Assembly: GCA_965202625.1 (NCBI GenBank)
Contig: CBDBBI010000010.1
Span: 544,001 to 608,000, forward strand
DNA length: 64,000 nt
DNA from: a bacterium
Lineage (GTDB): Bacteria; UBA8248
Direction: 5' to 3'
The notes under the pieces were generated by a model. The model was not told the DNA's origin, searched no databases, and saw only the letters and a list, made by a program, of their open reading frames with translations. Every line of letters starts with the position of its first letter. Within the stretch, counting starts at the first letter, position 1. Position numbers and translations under genes: made by a program. Shown one piece after another: positions 46,933-58,631 of the stretch.

Positions 46933-48519
46933 ATGCCAATTCCCGTCGTCACCGCCCATGAAATGTCCAATATCGACGACCGGGCGATCCATGAATACGG
47001 AATTCCCTCTGCGTGTTTGATGGAAACGGTGGGGGCGAAATCTGCCCAAAGGATCTGGGAAACGTATGGAAAGGCGGGACTTCGTGTTTTAGTCGTGTGC
47101 GGGAAGGGAAATAATGGCGGAGATGGATTTGTCATCGCCAGACACTTGTGCAACGCCGGGGCAGACGTGGAGGTCGCCACCCTCTTCCCCTTACGCGATG
47201 CGGCGGGCGATGCGGCCGTTTTTCTCAACGTTCTCGGAAAAATGGAAATTCTCGTCTTTGAGGTGGACGAGGCAAGCGCCTCGTCTTTCGAGATGACGCT
47301 GAAAGATGCGGACATCATCGTGGACGCCATTCTGGGGACGGGTTTTCGACCCCCCGCCCGGGGCCTGCCGGCGGAGGCGATTCGCATCCTCTCCAGGTGT
47401 GGGACCCCTATCGTGGCGGTCGACGTGCCGTCCGGCCTCGACGCCACCTCTGGAGGGGCCACGCCTCCACACCTTGAAGCGGAACTCACCCTGGCATTGG
47501 GCGCGCTGAAGAGGGGGCATATTCTCATGCCGGCCGCTGGGCACGTCGGTGAGTTGGCGTCACTCGATATCGGGATTCCGCAAAAGTGCATGGACGAGGA
47601 AAACGTTTCGTTCCATATGATCGAACGTTCCGACGTAGCAGAGAACTTGCCGCGAAGGTTTCCCGATGCCCACAAAGGGGATGCTGGCCATGTTTTTTTG
47701 ATAGCCGGCGCGCCGGGCATGTCGGGAGCCGCCCTGATGGCGGCCATGGCGGCTCTGCGTTCCGGAGCAGGCCGGGTGACACTCGGCGTTCCGGAAAGCA
47801 TTTATCCACTTCTTGAGAACGGATATCCGGAAATCATGACGCTGTCGCTACCCGCCACAAAATCAGGCTCCGTCGATGCTACAGCGTTTGACGTTATCGT
47901 TGAGCGCTCAGAGGAGATGAGTGCCTTAGTCGTAGGTCCCGGACTTGGAACGAATCCTAGAATGCTCGAACTCGTTCATCTGCTTGTCCAACACGTTGAC
48001 GGCCCGATCGTGCTGGACGCGGATGGACTAAACGCGCTTTCGCAAGACTTGACCATCCTGGACGGCAGACTCGCACAACTGATACTGACGCCCCATCCAG
48101 GCGAAATGGCAAGGTTGCTGGGCGTCTCGCCCGGAGAAGTGCAAGAAGCTCGCGTCGCGCACGCGAGCCGCTTCGCCGTGGATCATCGGCTGGATCTCGC
48201 GCTGAAAGGTTGGGGGACGATTGTGGCCACGGCGGAGGGAGAAACCTGGTACAACCCCACCGGAAATTCGGACATGGCCACCGCGGGCAGCGGAGACGTG
48301 CTGGCTGGCGTCATTGGCTCCCTGCTCGCCCAAGGGCTTTCCCACAAATGGGCACTGTTATCCGGAGTCTATTGGCATGGCTTGTCTGGAGAACTGGCGT
48401 CCTCGGAGGTGGGAGGACTCGGCATCACGGCGACCGACATTCTACGTGCGCTTCCCATGGGGAGGAGGAAAATTATCTTGGACGCAGGAGGTTCAGACAC
48501 TGCTCGAATTTCCCTTTGA
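46933..48519 (+). CDS. nnr: Bifunctional NAD(P)HX epimerase/dehydratase
   Basis: CGKGNNGGDG, VDAILGTG, AVDVPSG, HKG..G, GAA, GAG, GPGLG, DADGL, LTPHPGEM, LKG, MATAGSGDVLAG. Confidence 0.96.
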   Translation: MPIPVVTAHEMSNIDDRAIHEYGIPSACLMETVGAKSAQRIWETYGKAGLRVLVVCGKGNNGGDGFVIARHLCNAGADVEVATLFPLRDAAGDAAVFLNVLGKMEILVFEVDEASASSFEMTLKDADIIVDAILGTGFRPPARGLPAEAIRILSRCGTPIVAVDVPSGLDATSGGATPPHLEAELTLALGALKRGHILMPAAGHVGELASLDIGIPQKCMDEENVSFHMIERSDVAENLPRRFPDAHKGDAGHVFLIAGAPGMSGAALMAAMAALRSGAGRVTLGVPESIYPLLENGYPEIMTLSLPATKSGSVDATAFDVIVERSEEMSALVVGPGLGTNPRMLELVHLLVQHVDGPIVLDADGLNALSQDLTILDGRLAQLILTPHPGEMARLLGVSPGEVQEARVAHASRFAVDHRLDLALKGWGTIVATAEGETWYNPTGNSDMATAGSGDVLAGVIGSLLAQGLSHKWALLSGVYWHGLSGELASSEVGGLGITATDILRALPMGRRKIILDAGGSDTARISL

Positions 48520-48934
48520 AGCGCAAAGCAATTCCGTCGAGCAGACCGCCGTGCTCGGTGCGCGCTTAGCGAACACATCGAGGCCCGGCGAGGCTGTTTT
48601 GCTTGATGGCGACTTGGGATCTGGCAAGACCGTGTTTGCTAGAGGCTTCATAGAGTCGATGCCGGGGGGAGAGAAGAGAATCGTCAGGAGCCCCACCTTC
48701 ACCTATGTTTACCACTACCCGACAATTCCACCCGTTCACCATATCGACCTGTATCGACTTCCCAAAAGTTCCAACTTCAGGGAAATCGGATTGTGGGAAC
48801 ATATTGGAGAGAGCGACTTCGTGCTGATTGAGTGGCCCAGCCATGTGGAGAAATGGTGTTTTCCCGTGCGCACTCATGTGAGGTTCGAGATTTTGGGGGA
48901 AGGGAATAGACGTCTCTCTATCACCCGTTCCTGA
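48500..48934 (+). CDS. tsaE: t6A biosynthesis ATPase TsaE (probable CTG start)
   Basis: S.EQT..LG..LA, LDGDLGSGKT, VRSPTF, HIDLYRL, IEW. SD AGGAGGT lies 7 nt before in-frame CTG 48500. Confidence 0.9.
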   Translation: MLEFPFEAQSNSVEQTAVLGARLANTSRPGEAVLLDGDLGSGKTVFARGFIESMPGGEKRIVRSPTFTYVYHYPTIPPVHHIDLYRLPKSSNFREIGLWEHIGESDFVLIEWPSHVEKWCFPVRTHVRFEILGEGNRRLSITRS

Positions 48935-49128
48935 TACATTCGTCTTTACAAAGAAAGAAAAGGATGGCAATCTGGTGGAGCATTGTTCTGTCTTATACGC
49001 TCTGTTGAGAAGAGGCACATTGTGGCTCCTGCGAGTTTCGGCGTTTCTTGTAGCCAATGTGGCGTCTATAGAACGTTCCGAGCCGCTGGACACTTCAAAA
49101 GGCGCTTACGATCCTTTTCCGTAAGGTA

Positions 49129-49719
49129 GTGAAAATCCTGCTACTTGGCTTACTGGTCGCCATTGGCGGGACCATTTCCTATTTCTTCATAGGGTCTTCG
49201 AATTATGAGTTCCGCATTGGAGGCGTTTCGTTCACGGGAATGGATGCGAACCTCAATATGGACGAAGTGCACGTCGTTCAAAACGAAAAAGGCGTGAAGG
49301 AATGGGAGCTTTGGGCGGATTCCGCCAAGGTGTATCGCAAAAAAGATGTGACGATTTTGAAGAACTTGCGCCTGCGTTTTTATCCACGAGATGGCGAACC
49401 AGCGGACGTGAGCGCGCAGAGAGGAGCCATGGAGAATAAAAGCCGAAACATGAAGATCAGCGGCAACGTCGTTATCTTAGCGTCGAACGGCGTGTCCATG
49501 AAAACTGACTCTTTGAATTTTCATCCCGAGAAAAAACGTATTGACTCGGATGCGCGAGTTCTGATGGAAGGCGCGCGTTTCCGTCTAAGCGGCACAGGTC
49601 TGTGGGGACGCACCGATTTAGGGCGTTATAAATTGAAGCATAAAGTGAGTGCCACTATATACAAAGTGAACGAGACATCTCGATATCGACGGCGAGAAAA
49701 TCAGCCTGTCCACAACTGA
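49129..49719 (+). CDS. lptC: LPS export periplasmic protein LptC
   Basis: N-terminal TM, G.KEWEL.ADSA, SA..G, GNV, .TDSL; first gene of the lptCAB order. Confidence 0.88.
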   Translation: MKILLLGLLVAIGGTISYFFIGSSNYEFRIGGVSFTGMDANLNMDEVHVVQNEKGVKEWELWADSAKVYRKKDVTILKNLRLRFYPRDGEPADVSAQRGAMENKSRNMKISGNVVILASNGVSMKTDSLNFHPEKKRIDSDARVLMEGARFRLSGTGLWGRTDLGRYKLKHKVSATIYKVNETSRYRRRENQPVHN

Positions 49720-49754
49720 GTTGGCAAATGCTGATCGGAACGGAACAACTTATC

Positions 49755-50351
49755 ATGAGAACGAAAATCTATTCCATTGGGCATCTTCGTTTCGTTTGTG
49801 CGGTATTGTGTACTGGGTTTTTGCTGTGGAGCGGGGCGAGCACGCACGGACAGGAGGCAGACCACAAAAGCCAGCCAAACAGTGGGAAGCCGCTTCACAT
49901 CACCTCCGATAAAATGGAAGTGGACAACCCGAAGAACTTCATCGTCTTTATCGGAAACGTGAAGGCAAACCAGGGAGATATGCGTATTCAGGCCAAGCGT
50001 CTTGAGGTGTATACAAAGCAGGCCAAGCGAAAAACAGGAGCGGAACCCCGGGCGAGTGCAGCGGACAGAGCAGGGGAGATCGATAGAATTGTGGCCATCG
50101 GGAATGTGCTGATGGAGCAAGAGAAAAGAAGGTTTGCCACTGCGGATCGCCTTGAATACCACGAATCCACCGGCGTTGCCGTCCTGACGGGCAACCCTCG
50201 CGCCTGGGAAGGAAACAACCAGTTGGTTGGCGACAAAATAGAGTTGAACATGAGAAAAGATACAACAATCGTTCACGGTTCGCCTCGCCAGAGAGTCAGC
50301 GTTACCCTTTTTCCTTCCAGCGAGGCGCTTCCCCGCAAGAAATCGAAATAG
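49755..50351 (+). CDS. lptA: LPS transport periplasmic protein LptA
   Basis: Signal peptide, PLHITSDKME, FIGNV.A.QG, A.GNV, A.A....Y, LTGNP, GD.I. Confidence 0.9.
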   Translation: MRTKIYSIGHLRFVCAVLCTGFLLWSGASTHGQEADHKSQPNSGKPLHITSDKMEVDNPKNFIVFIGNVKANQGDMRIQAKRLEVYTKQAKRKTGAEPRASAADRAGEIDRIVAIGNVLMEQEKRRFATADRLEYHESTGVAVLTGNPRAWEGNNQLVGDKIELNMRKDTTIVHGSPRQRVSVTLFPSSEALPRKKSK

Positions 50352-50353
50352 CC

Positions 50354-51118
50354 ATGGCTGCGCTCGCCGGCCTTAGATTAGCGGGACGCGCCGGTTCTTC
50401 TTCCATTCTCACCACTGGATTGACGAAAATCTATTCCGGTCGAGAGGTTGTCTGCGGAGTGGATCTCGAGTTGCGTCCTAGAGAAATCGTGGGATTGCTT
50501 GGGCCGAACGGGGCCGGCAAGACGACGATATTTTATATGATCGTTGGCCTAGTCGCTCCGGATGCGGGAAAAGTTTTGTTGAACGGCATTGATATCACCG
50601 AGCTGCCCATGTATGTGCGCGCTAGGAGGGGAGTCAGTTACTTGCCGCAGGAAGCGTCTGTATTTCGTCGCCTTTCCGTGAGAGACAACATTATGGCGGT
50701 ACTCGAGTTAGGTCTTGACGATTCGAGGCGCCGCAAGGAGCGCCTGCATGAAATTCTTGAGGATCTGCGCATCCAGGACATCCAATCCCTAAAAGGATAC
50801 GCCCTCTCAGGTGGTGAGCGTAGGCGCGTAGAAATTGCGCGGGCCTTGGCTACCAATCCCACTTTCATGTTGCTTGACGAACCTTTCGCTGGTATCGACC
50901 CCATCGTGGTCCACGATGTGCAAGAAATCGTGGTGGATTTAAAAAACCGTGGAATCGGAATCGTAATTACAGACCACAATGTGCAGGAAACGCTTCGGAT
51001 ATCTGACAGGGCGTATGTCATTAACGAAGGTCGGATACTGAAGTCCGGCATACCCGAGGAAATCGCCGTGAGCGATGAAGTCCGCGCGGCCTATCTGGGC
51101 GAGAAATTTCGGCTCTAA
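50354..51118 (+). CDS. lptB: LPS export ABC ATPase LptB
   Basis: GLLGPNGAGKTT, YLPQEASVFR, LSGGERRRVEIARAL, LLDEPFAGIDP, ITDHNV, YLGEKF. Confidence 0.98.
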   Translation: MAALAGLRLAGRAGSSSILTTGLTKIYSGREVVCGVDLELRPREIVGLLGPNGAGKTTIFYMIVGLVAPDAGKVLLNGIDITELPMYVRARRGVSYLPQEASVFRRLSVRDNIMAVLELGLDDSRRRKERLHEILEDLRIQDIQSLKGYALSGGERRRVEIARALATNPTFMLLDEPFAGIDPIVVHDVQEIVVDLKNRGIGIVITDHNVQETLRISDRAYVINEGRILKSGIPEEIAVSDEVRAAYLGEKFRL

Positions 51119-51135
51119 AGGCGAGAGAAACGGGC

Positions 51136-52578
51136 ATGGCTTTGCGACATGAAATGCAGATGAGGACAGAACAGCGCCTTGTCATGACGGCCATGTTGCG
51201 GCAGGCGATCAACCTCTTGCCCTTGAGCCGCATGGAAATGCAGCAGGCCGTTCAGCAGGAAATGCTGGAAAACCCCTTGCTCGAAGAGGTCCAGGACGAA
51301 ATGAGAGAAGTCGCCGATGGTGAGATGCCAGAGATGAGAGGCGATGTTCCCGAGAGAGGGAACGATGAGAGAGGAGAGATGGAAATTGAGTGGGAAAACA
51401 TCGTGCAGAATGATTATGCTGATCTTTCGCCGACGCCAGCCGATGAGGATTTTCCCTCCTATGAACAGACGCTGGTCCGGTCGGATACTCTACATGAGCA
51501 CTTGAAATGGCAGCTGGGTCTCTCGATGATTCCCAAGCCGATAGCCCGAGTCGCCGAGCAAATTATCTGGAACGTTAACGAGCAGGGTTATCTCGAGGCA
51601 GAGGCAGAGGAGCTGGCGACTAGCCTGGCTCTGGGGCCTCGTGAAGCCAATAGGGCGTTGACGCTGGTGCAGGGCTTTGATCCGCCGGGCGTTGGTGCGA
51701 GAACACTTCGAGAATGCCTGCTTATCCAGTTGAAAAATTATGCGTTTTCGGTGAATGGCAATGGCCGTTTCGTGGATTTGGCGCGCGTTTTGGTGCTTGA
51801 GGATATTGAGAGGCTAGACGAGCGCCAGTATGCGAAACTCGCCAAAGCCAACGGCGTGGAGATAGAAGACATCGCTCGGGCCATTCTCATCATCCGGAGC
51901 CTCGACCCCTATCCGGGTTTACGCTTCTCCGACCAAAGGGTCGAAGTGGTGATTCCGGACGTCAGCATCGCCAAGAGAGGGGATGATTACGAGGTGACCC
52001 TCAATGACGATGGCCTTCCGCCCTTGCGCGTCAACGCATCTTATGCGGCCATGGCCGCTGATAAGGCGCGAACGCCTCCCGACACGTGGAAGTATTTGAA
52101 TGAAAAGCTCAAGTCCGCCGTCTGGTTTCTCAAAAGCATAGAGCAAAGAAGGCGGACGATCCTGAACGTTTCCCGCAGCATCGCCCGTTTTCAAAGGGAT
52201 TTTCTGGAGCATGGCGTGGGGCACCTAAAGCCCCTGGTTTTGAAGGATGTGGCTGAAAATATCGGGATGCACGAATCGACCGTGAGCCGTGTGACGACGG
52301 GCAAGTATGTGGATACGCCGCAAGGCGTTTTGAATTTGAAGTATTTTTTCCACAGCGGGTTGGCCTCAGAGAGGGGAGAGAGCACCTCTTCGGTGGCTGT
52401 GAAGGAAATTATCAAGAAAATGGTGAAGGAGGAAAATCTCCGCAAACCGCTCACTGACCAGCAAATTGCGGATAGGCTCAAACGGGAAGGCGTAGTGATA
52501 GCGAGGCGTACGGTGACAAAATATCGTAAGGAGACGCGCATCCCTCCTGCGAGCAAAAGGCGCGTGATAGCTCGATGA
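51136..52578 (+). CDS. rpoN: RNA polymerase sigma-54 factor
   Basis: Q-rich Region I, ENPLLE, FDPPGVGAR.L.ECL, PDV, KPL.LKDVA, HESTVSR, RpoN box ARRTVTKYR. Confidence 0.98.
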   Translation: MALRHEMQMRTEQRLVMTAMLRQAINLLPLSRMEMQQAVQQEMLENPLLEEVQDEMREVADGEMPEMRGDVPERGNDERGEMEIEWENIVQNDYADLSPTPADEDFPSYEQTLVRSDTLHEHLKWQLGLSMIPKPIARVAEQIIWNVNEQGYLEAEAEELATSLALGPREANRALTLVQGFDPPGVGARTLRECLLIQLKNYAFSVNGNGRFVDLARVLVLEDIERLDERQYAKLAKANGVEIEDIARAILIIRSLDPYPGLRFSDQRVEVVIPDVSIAKRGDDYEVTLNDDGLPPLRVNASYAAMAADKARTPPDTWKYLNEKLKSAVWFLKSIEQRRRTILNVSRSIARFQRDFLEHGVGHLKPLVLKDVAENIGMHESTVSRVTTGKYVDTPQGVLNLKYFFHSGLASERGESTSSVAVKEIIKKMVKEENLRKPLTDQQIADRLKREGVVIARRTVTKYRKETRIPPASKRRVIAR

Positions 52579-52679
52579 CGTTTGGGACGAAGATGCGCAC
52601 TTCGCGCGTTCGTGGTGATGGGAAAAAAACTATACCGACCAAGCGATTCTTACTCCACCTAAACAGCATGGGGAATTTT

Positions 52680-52688
52680 TGCTATAAT
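52680..52688 (+). promoter_or_regulatory. Extended -10 promoter upstream of hprK
   Basis: TG-C-TATAAT in an AT-rich stretch about 140 nt before the hprK ATG. Confidence 0.5.
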
Positions 52689-52823
52689 TTATTTATATAT
52701 TAAGGTATCCATTCCTTGGGGCCGCCGACTTTTGGATTTTTTCGGGCATGTTCATTGTCATCGTCATCTGCGGGTGAGGGGGGTTTCATCACCCAGGCGC
52801 GGTCTGAATTATCGAGGAGGACG

Positions 52824-53762
52824 ATGAGTAAAATATCAGTCTCCCAATTATACAAAGACCTGCGCGAGGAATTGAAATTATCCATTATCTCGGGTGGATC
52901 TGGTGCGGAGCGCCAGATCGGACATACGCGCTTTCAAAAAAACGGCTTGCCCCTCGCCGGGTTTTTGAAAGTCGTCCATCCGGACAGGGTCCAATTATGG
53001 GGCAGGACCGAACTGGACTTTTTGGCGAGTTTGGAGGAGGAGGCGCGTATCAAGGCTGTGCGCAGATATTTTCACCTCCCGTTGTGCGCCATCTTGGTGA
53101 TGGGAGGGCAATATATCTCTCCAGGGGTCGTGGAGGCGTCTGATGAATCCGACGTCCCAATTATCATATCGGGGTTGGCCGGTAAGGATCTCGTGCCGAG
53201 ATTGTCTGAGTATCTCGCAGAGCATCTCTCCCCTCACGCACGGCTGCATGGAGTGCTGGTTGACTTATATGGCGTCGGCGTCCTCATTCAAGGGAAAAGC
53301 GGCATCGGAAAAAGCGAATGTGCACTGCATCTCGTTACGAGGGGGCATCGACTGGTCGCCGACGACGTGGTGGACATCCAGTTGCGCGGGAACGAATTGG
53401 TCGGAAAAAGCACGGAACTGCTCAAGCACCACATCGAGGTGAGGGGGCTTGGAATCCTGAACTTGAAGGATCTTTTCGGAGTCGTGGCGATTCGTTATGA
53501 GAAAAACGTCGACATCATCATAGAGTTGGGACAATGGAGCCCGGATTTGTCGTTCGATCGTCTCGGAATCGATATCGAGACGCAAAACATTTTGGACAAA
53601 CATTTGCCGCACGTGAAGATTCCCGTCGCCCCGGGAAGGAATATCCCCACGCTCATAGAAGTGGCGGCCAGGAATCTGTTGCTCCAAAGGATGGGCTATT
53701 TCTCCGCAGAGGAATTCAGCCGCGCTCTCTCCGCCCGGATTGCGCTCGAATCAACGGGCTAG
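52824..53762 (+). CDS. hprK: HPr(Ser) kinase/phosphorylase, full length
   Basis: GL.LAGF, RVQLWG.TE, HGVLVD.YG.GVLI.GKSGIGKSE, GHRLVADD, EVRGLGI, PV.PGRN, IEVAARN. RBS GAGGAGG. Confidence 0.97.
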   Translation: MSKISVSQLYKDLREELKLSIISGGSGAERQIGHTRFQKNGLPLAGFLKVVHPDRVQLWGRTELDFLASLEEEARIKAVRRYFHLPLCAILVMGGQYISPGVVEASDESDVPIIISGLAGKDLVPRLSEYLAEHLSPHARLHGVLVDLYGVGVLIQGKSGIGKSECALHLVTRGHRLVADDVVDIQLRGNELVGKSTELLKHHIEVRGLGILNLKDLFGVVAIRYEKNVDIIIELGQWSPDLSFDRLGIDIETQNILDKHLPHVKIPVAPGRNIPTLIEVAARNLLLQRMGYFSAEEFSRALSARIALESTG

Positions 53763-53797
53763 CCGGACAAAAAAAGAAAAAAACGAAGAGGCCGGGC

Positions 53798-54220
53798 ATG
53801 ATTGGTTTGGTGATTGTTGGTCATGGAGATTATCCGGACGCACTACTGCACGCGGCGAAGTCCATTTTAGACGGCGTAACCCATATGAAAGCAATTGCGT
53901 TGCAGCTTGACGCCAACCCCGCCGGATTTACGGAAAAAATAGAAAGTGCGGTTGCGGAGGTAGAGGCGGGCGAAGGGGTGATCGTCATGACGGATATGAT
54001 GGGCGGCGCTCCTACGAATGCAGCTCTCGCCATGCTGAACCATCCCAAGGTGGAGGTGGTGACGGGGGTGAATTTGCCGATGTTGCTAAAATTGTCTTTC
54101 ATCAAGGGCAAGACCGTCTCCGAGGCGGCTCGTTTCTTGGTGGAATACGGGAGGCGCAATTTGGCACAGCCAAGCGAAATGCTCAATTCTGCAAAACAAC
54201 GCTCAGTCGAGGAGGAATGA
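53798..54220 (+). CDS. PTS EIIA, mannose/fructose family
   Basis: MIGLVIVGHG (phospho-His), TDMMGGAP.N, VTGVNLPML. Confidence 0.93.
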   Translation: MIGLVIVGHGDYPDALLHAAKSILDGVTHMKAIALQLDANPAGFTEKIESAVAEVEAGEGVIVMTDMMGGAPTNAALAMLNHPKVEVVTGVNLPMLLKLSFIKGKTVSEAARFLVEYGRRNLAQPSEMLNSAKQRSVEEE

Positions 54221-54507
54221 GTACGGGTATGGAAGAGCGCAGAGTCGCCATCTGTAATCCAATGGGAATTCACGCCAGGGCTGCGGCTCAATTCGCGAGT
54301 CTTTCCAGTAAATTCGAGAGCGAAATTCTCGTTCGCTTCCGCGACATGGAAGTGGATGGCAAAAGCATTATGGGCGTTATGATGCTTGCCGCGGCTCTTG
54401 ACTCGGAACTCCTGATCACAGCGATCGGAATAGATGCGGATGCCGCGGTGATGGAACTTGCCAGTCTGGTTCAAAGCGGTTTTGGAGAGATCGTAGAGAT
54501 TCAGTGA
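54217..54507 (+). CDS. ptsH: Phosphocarrier protein HPr
   Basis: N.MGIHARAAA (His15), VDGKSIMGVMMLAA (Ser46), F.E. Confidence 0.96.
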   Translation: MSTGMEERRVAICNPMGIHARAAAQFASLSSKFESEILVRFRDMEVDGKSIMGVMMLAAALDSELLITAIGIDADAAVMELASLVQSGFGEIVEIQ

Positions 54508-54724
54508 AGATACCTGGAGATTTAAGGGCGCATATTCATAACCTAAGAAAAACATTCGTTCATACGCGCGATCTCAGAGATTTCTCTATAGGAACCTTCA
54601 TTGGGGAAAAAGTAATACTTTCTTTCCCTGGGCTTCTACCCAGACGCGAGAAATGCTAAAACACGCGCAGTCTAGGAGGCGTTTTGTTAGATGCGAGGAT
54701 GCCCTCAACTCATGGGAGATGATG

Positions 54725-55903
54725 ATGAGTTCCAATCATAAGGGAAATTGCATTTTTGCTTCCGAGTCTGTTTCGGAGGGACATCCTGACAAGATTGCCG
54801 ACCAGATTAGCGACTCCGTTTTGGACGCCATTTTTCGTGAGGATCCAAACGGGCGCGTCGCCTGCGAGACGCTTGTCACGACGGGCATCGTGTTTGTGGC
54901 CGGTGAGATTACGACGACGGCGCGTTACGATGCGCGCGAGATCGCGCGCGAAACTGTGCGTCAAATCGGCTACGACGACGCGGCATACGGTTTCGACTGC
55001 AACACGTGTTCCGTCGTCGTGTCGGTCGATCAGCAGTCTCCCAACATCTCTCAAGGGGTGACGGAAGGAGAGGGGCTTTTCCAGGAACAAGGCGCGGGCG
55101 ATCAGGGGATGATGTTCGGGTTCGCCTGTCGGGAATCCGAGGTGTTGATGCCCTTGCCCATCATGCTGGCCCACAGGCTCGTTCGTAGAACCTCGGAGAT
55201 GAGGAGAAACGGCTCCCTGAACTATTTGAGACCCGACAGCAAAAGCCAGGTATCTGTTCGTTATGAAGGCGGAAAGCCAGTGGGAATCGACAATGTCGTC
55301 ATATCCGCCCAGCATTCTCCCGAGGTGAGCCTAAGGCAGGTCCGCGAAGACATCATTCGGGAGGTGATACGTCCCATTGTGCCGGGCGGCATGATGGGAG
55401 GAGATACGGAACTTTATGTGAACCCGACCGGACTTTTCATCATCGGCGGGCCGATGGCCGACACGGGGCTTACGGGACGAAAGATCATCGTGGACACATA
55501 TGGGGGATACAGCAGGCACGGGGGAGGCGCGTTCTCAGGTAAAGACCCCTCAAAGGTGGACCGCTCGGCTGCGTACATGGCGCGCTATATCGCCAAAAAC
55601 ATCGTCGCCTCGGGGGTTGCGGATAAGGTGGAAGTCCAACTTGCCTACGCCATTGGCGTGGCGGACCCGGTCTCCGTCCTAGTGGAGGATTTTGGAACGA
55701 GCCGGGTGGATCCAGATCTCCTCTCATCCGCCGTTCGCGACGTATTTGGTCTGAAGCCCCAGGAGATTATCAAACACCTTGAACTGCGGCGCCCCATATT
55801 CAAGAAAACGGCCGCTTATGGTCATTTCGGCCGAAACGAACCCGAGTTCACGTGGGAAAAGACAGACAAAATAGATGACTTGAAGACCGCCGTCGGGGCG
55901 TGA
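54725..55903 (+). CDS. metK: S-adenosylmethionine synthetase
   Basis: [69 protein letters not shown]. Confidence 0.99.
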   Translation: MSSNHKGNCIFASESVSEGHPDKIADQISDSVLDAIFREDPNGRVACETLVTTGIVFVAGEITTTARYDAREIARETVRQIGYDDAAYGFDCNTCSVVVSVDQQSPNISQGVTEGEGLFQEQGAGDQGMMFGFACRESEVLMPLPIMLAHRLVRRTSEMRRNGSLNYLRPDSKSQVSVRYEGGKPVGIDNVVISAQHSPEVSLRQVREDIIREVIRPIVPGGMMGGDTELYVNPTGLFIIGGPMADTGLTGRKIIVDTYGGYSRHGGGAFSGKDPSKVDRSAAYMARYIAKNIVASGVADKVEVQLAYAIGVADPVSVLVEDFGTSRVDPDLLSSAVRDVFGLKPQEIIKHLELRRPIFKKTAAYGHFGRNEPEFTWEKTDKIDDLKTAVGA

Positions 55904-57211
<1,308 letters not shown>

Positions 57212-57256
57212 GAAGCACCTCTCATCAAATACGCCGCCCGTCGCGGGAGAGGTTTT

Positions 57257-58600
57257 GTGGCAGGGACCTTTTTCACGCTGCGCCACGCTAAAAAACAGAA
57301 CAGACGACTAGTTGGAAATCCATCTCTCATCCTTCTCGTATTGCTCATCTTCTGGGTGGGGAACGGGTGTGTCACTCTTGGTGCGCCAGGTCTGGGCGCT
57401 ACAAGTGTCCTTGGGGTTCGAGAGTTTTCCACTGAGGACTATGCGCGAATCGTTTTGATACTCGACCGCGAGACGTTTGACTTCGAATCCGGTGTCTTGG
57501 GCCGGCCGACGCGAATTTTTATCGACATCCCCCAAGGACGCGTCAGAGGGGGGGTGCGGATTCCGGAAATCCGGTCGGAAAAAAGCATCATATCCCGACT
57601 TCGGTTCGGCAACCCCCAGAAGAACATCCTGCGCTTTGTGATTGACGTCTCGGGAAAACGCGACCTTACACGCCGAGTTTTCACCCTACCGAGCCCGCAT
57701 CGCATCGTGATTGACGTGAGGGCGAAACGCGCGCGCTCATCGAAATCTCGAAAAGGAAAAGAGGGAGACTCTCATACTAAGCGCGTGAAGCGGGAAAGTC
57801 TCGCCCGTCCGCGGAGAGATCGCCCGCGTGCGACTTCCAAGGGGAGATTGAAGCGCCGCAATCTGAGCCTAGCCCAAAGGTTCCGCTACGGCCTCGGTAA
57901 AATTGTGCTGGACCCGGCGCACGGTGGCAAGGATCCGGGCGCCGTCGGTTTGGGTGGCCTCAAGGAGAAAGACGTCGCACTGGATATCGCGTTCCGGATG
58001 AGAAAGGCGCTGAGGAGAGGCTTGCCCGGAAACGCGATCCATCTCACCAGAACTTCTGACAAATACGTTTCCCTTCCCGACAGGACGGCACTCGCCAATG
58101 AGCATGACGCGGATATGTTCGTATCGATTCATGCGAACAGCGCACCCTCGCGGCGCATCCATGGAGTTGAGACCTATCTTTTGAGCGAGGCGTCATCTAA
58201 GAGGGCACTTGCATTATCGGCCAGAGAAAGCGGAACGACTGTCGCGCGTATGAGCGATTTGCAGAAGATACTGCGTGACTTGACGCTGCGGTCGAAGGTG
58301 GATGAATCGCGGAAGCTAGCGCAGCTAGTCCAAAAAGCGATCCTCTTGCGCTTAAGACGAACCTACCGAGGCATTCGGGATTTGGGCGTGAAGCGAGGGC
58401 CATTCTACGTCCTTCTCGGCGCCCAGGAGATGCCAAGCATATTGGTTGAAGTCGCCTTCATATCAAACCCGATAGAAGCACGAAGGCTGAGGCGTCCCGC
58501 ATATCGCCAGGCGCTTGCGGAAGGAATTGCGAAAGGTATGATGCGCTTCGTATGGGCGTCGGGCTACGGAAAGGCCAGAAGAGATGCCCTAAAGCGCTGA
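57257..58600 (+). CDS. N-acetylmuramoyl-L-alanine amidase (AMIN + Amidase_3), AmiC-like
   Basis: AMIN repeats (RIVL.L, P.RIFID, RFVID, P.RIVID), IVLDPAHGGKDPGA, EKD..L, LTR..D, FVSIHANS, PSILVE.AFISN. Confidence 0.93.
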   Translation: MAGTFFTLRHAKKQNRRLVGNPSLILLVLLIFWVGNGCVTLGAPGLGATSVLGVREFSTEDYARIVLILDRETFDFESGVLGRPTRIFIDIPQGRVRGGVRIPEIRSEKSIISRLRFGNPQKNILRFVIDVSGKRDLTRRVFTLPSPHRIVIDVRAKRARSSKSRKGKEGDSHTKRVKRESLARPRRDRPRATSKGRLKRRNLSLAQRFRYGLGKIVLDPAHGGKDPGAVGLGGLKEKDVALDIAFRMRKALRRGLPGNAIHLTRTSDKYVSLPDRTALANEHDADMFVSIHANSAPSRRIHGVETYLLSEASSKRALALSARESGTTVARMSDLQKILRDLTLRSKVDESRKLAQLVQKAILLRLRRTYRGIRDLGVKRGPFYVLLGAQEMPSILVEVAFISNPIEARRLRRPAYRQALAEGIAKGMMRFVWASGYGKARRDALKR

Positions 58601-58631
58601 AGCGCGTTTTCTCGCCTGGAAGCGAGTCTCT

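Noticed and set aside
48221-48499. Long N-terminal extension of TsaE; similar ORF-track extensions on tilS, hprK, EIIA and holA
   Set aside because: Most overlap upstream genes or the tRNA, none carries a family motif, and better RBS/start pairs exist downstream.
49087-49112. TGGACA...TACGAT promoter before lptC
   Set aside because: The spacer is only 14 nt.
54508-54720. SAM riboswitch upstream of metK (and SAH riboswitch before ahcY)
   Set aside because: No SAM-I core (ATC...GAGGGA...GCAACC) is visible. The ahcY leader is only about 50 nt and lacks the SAH motif.
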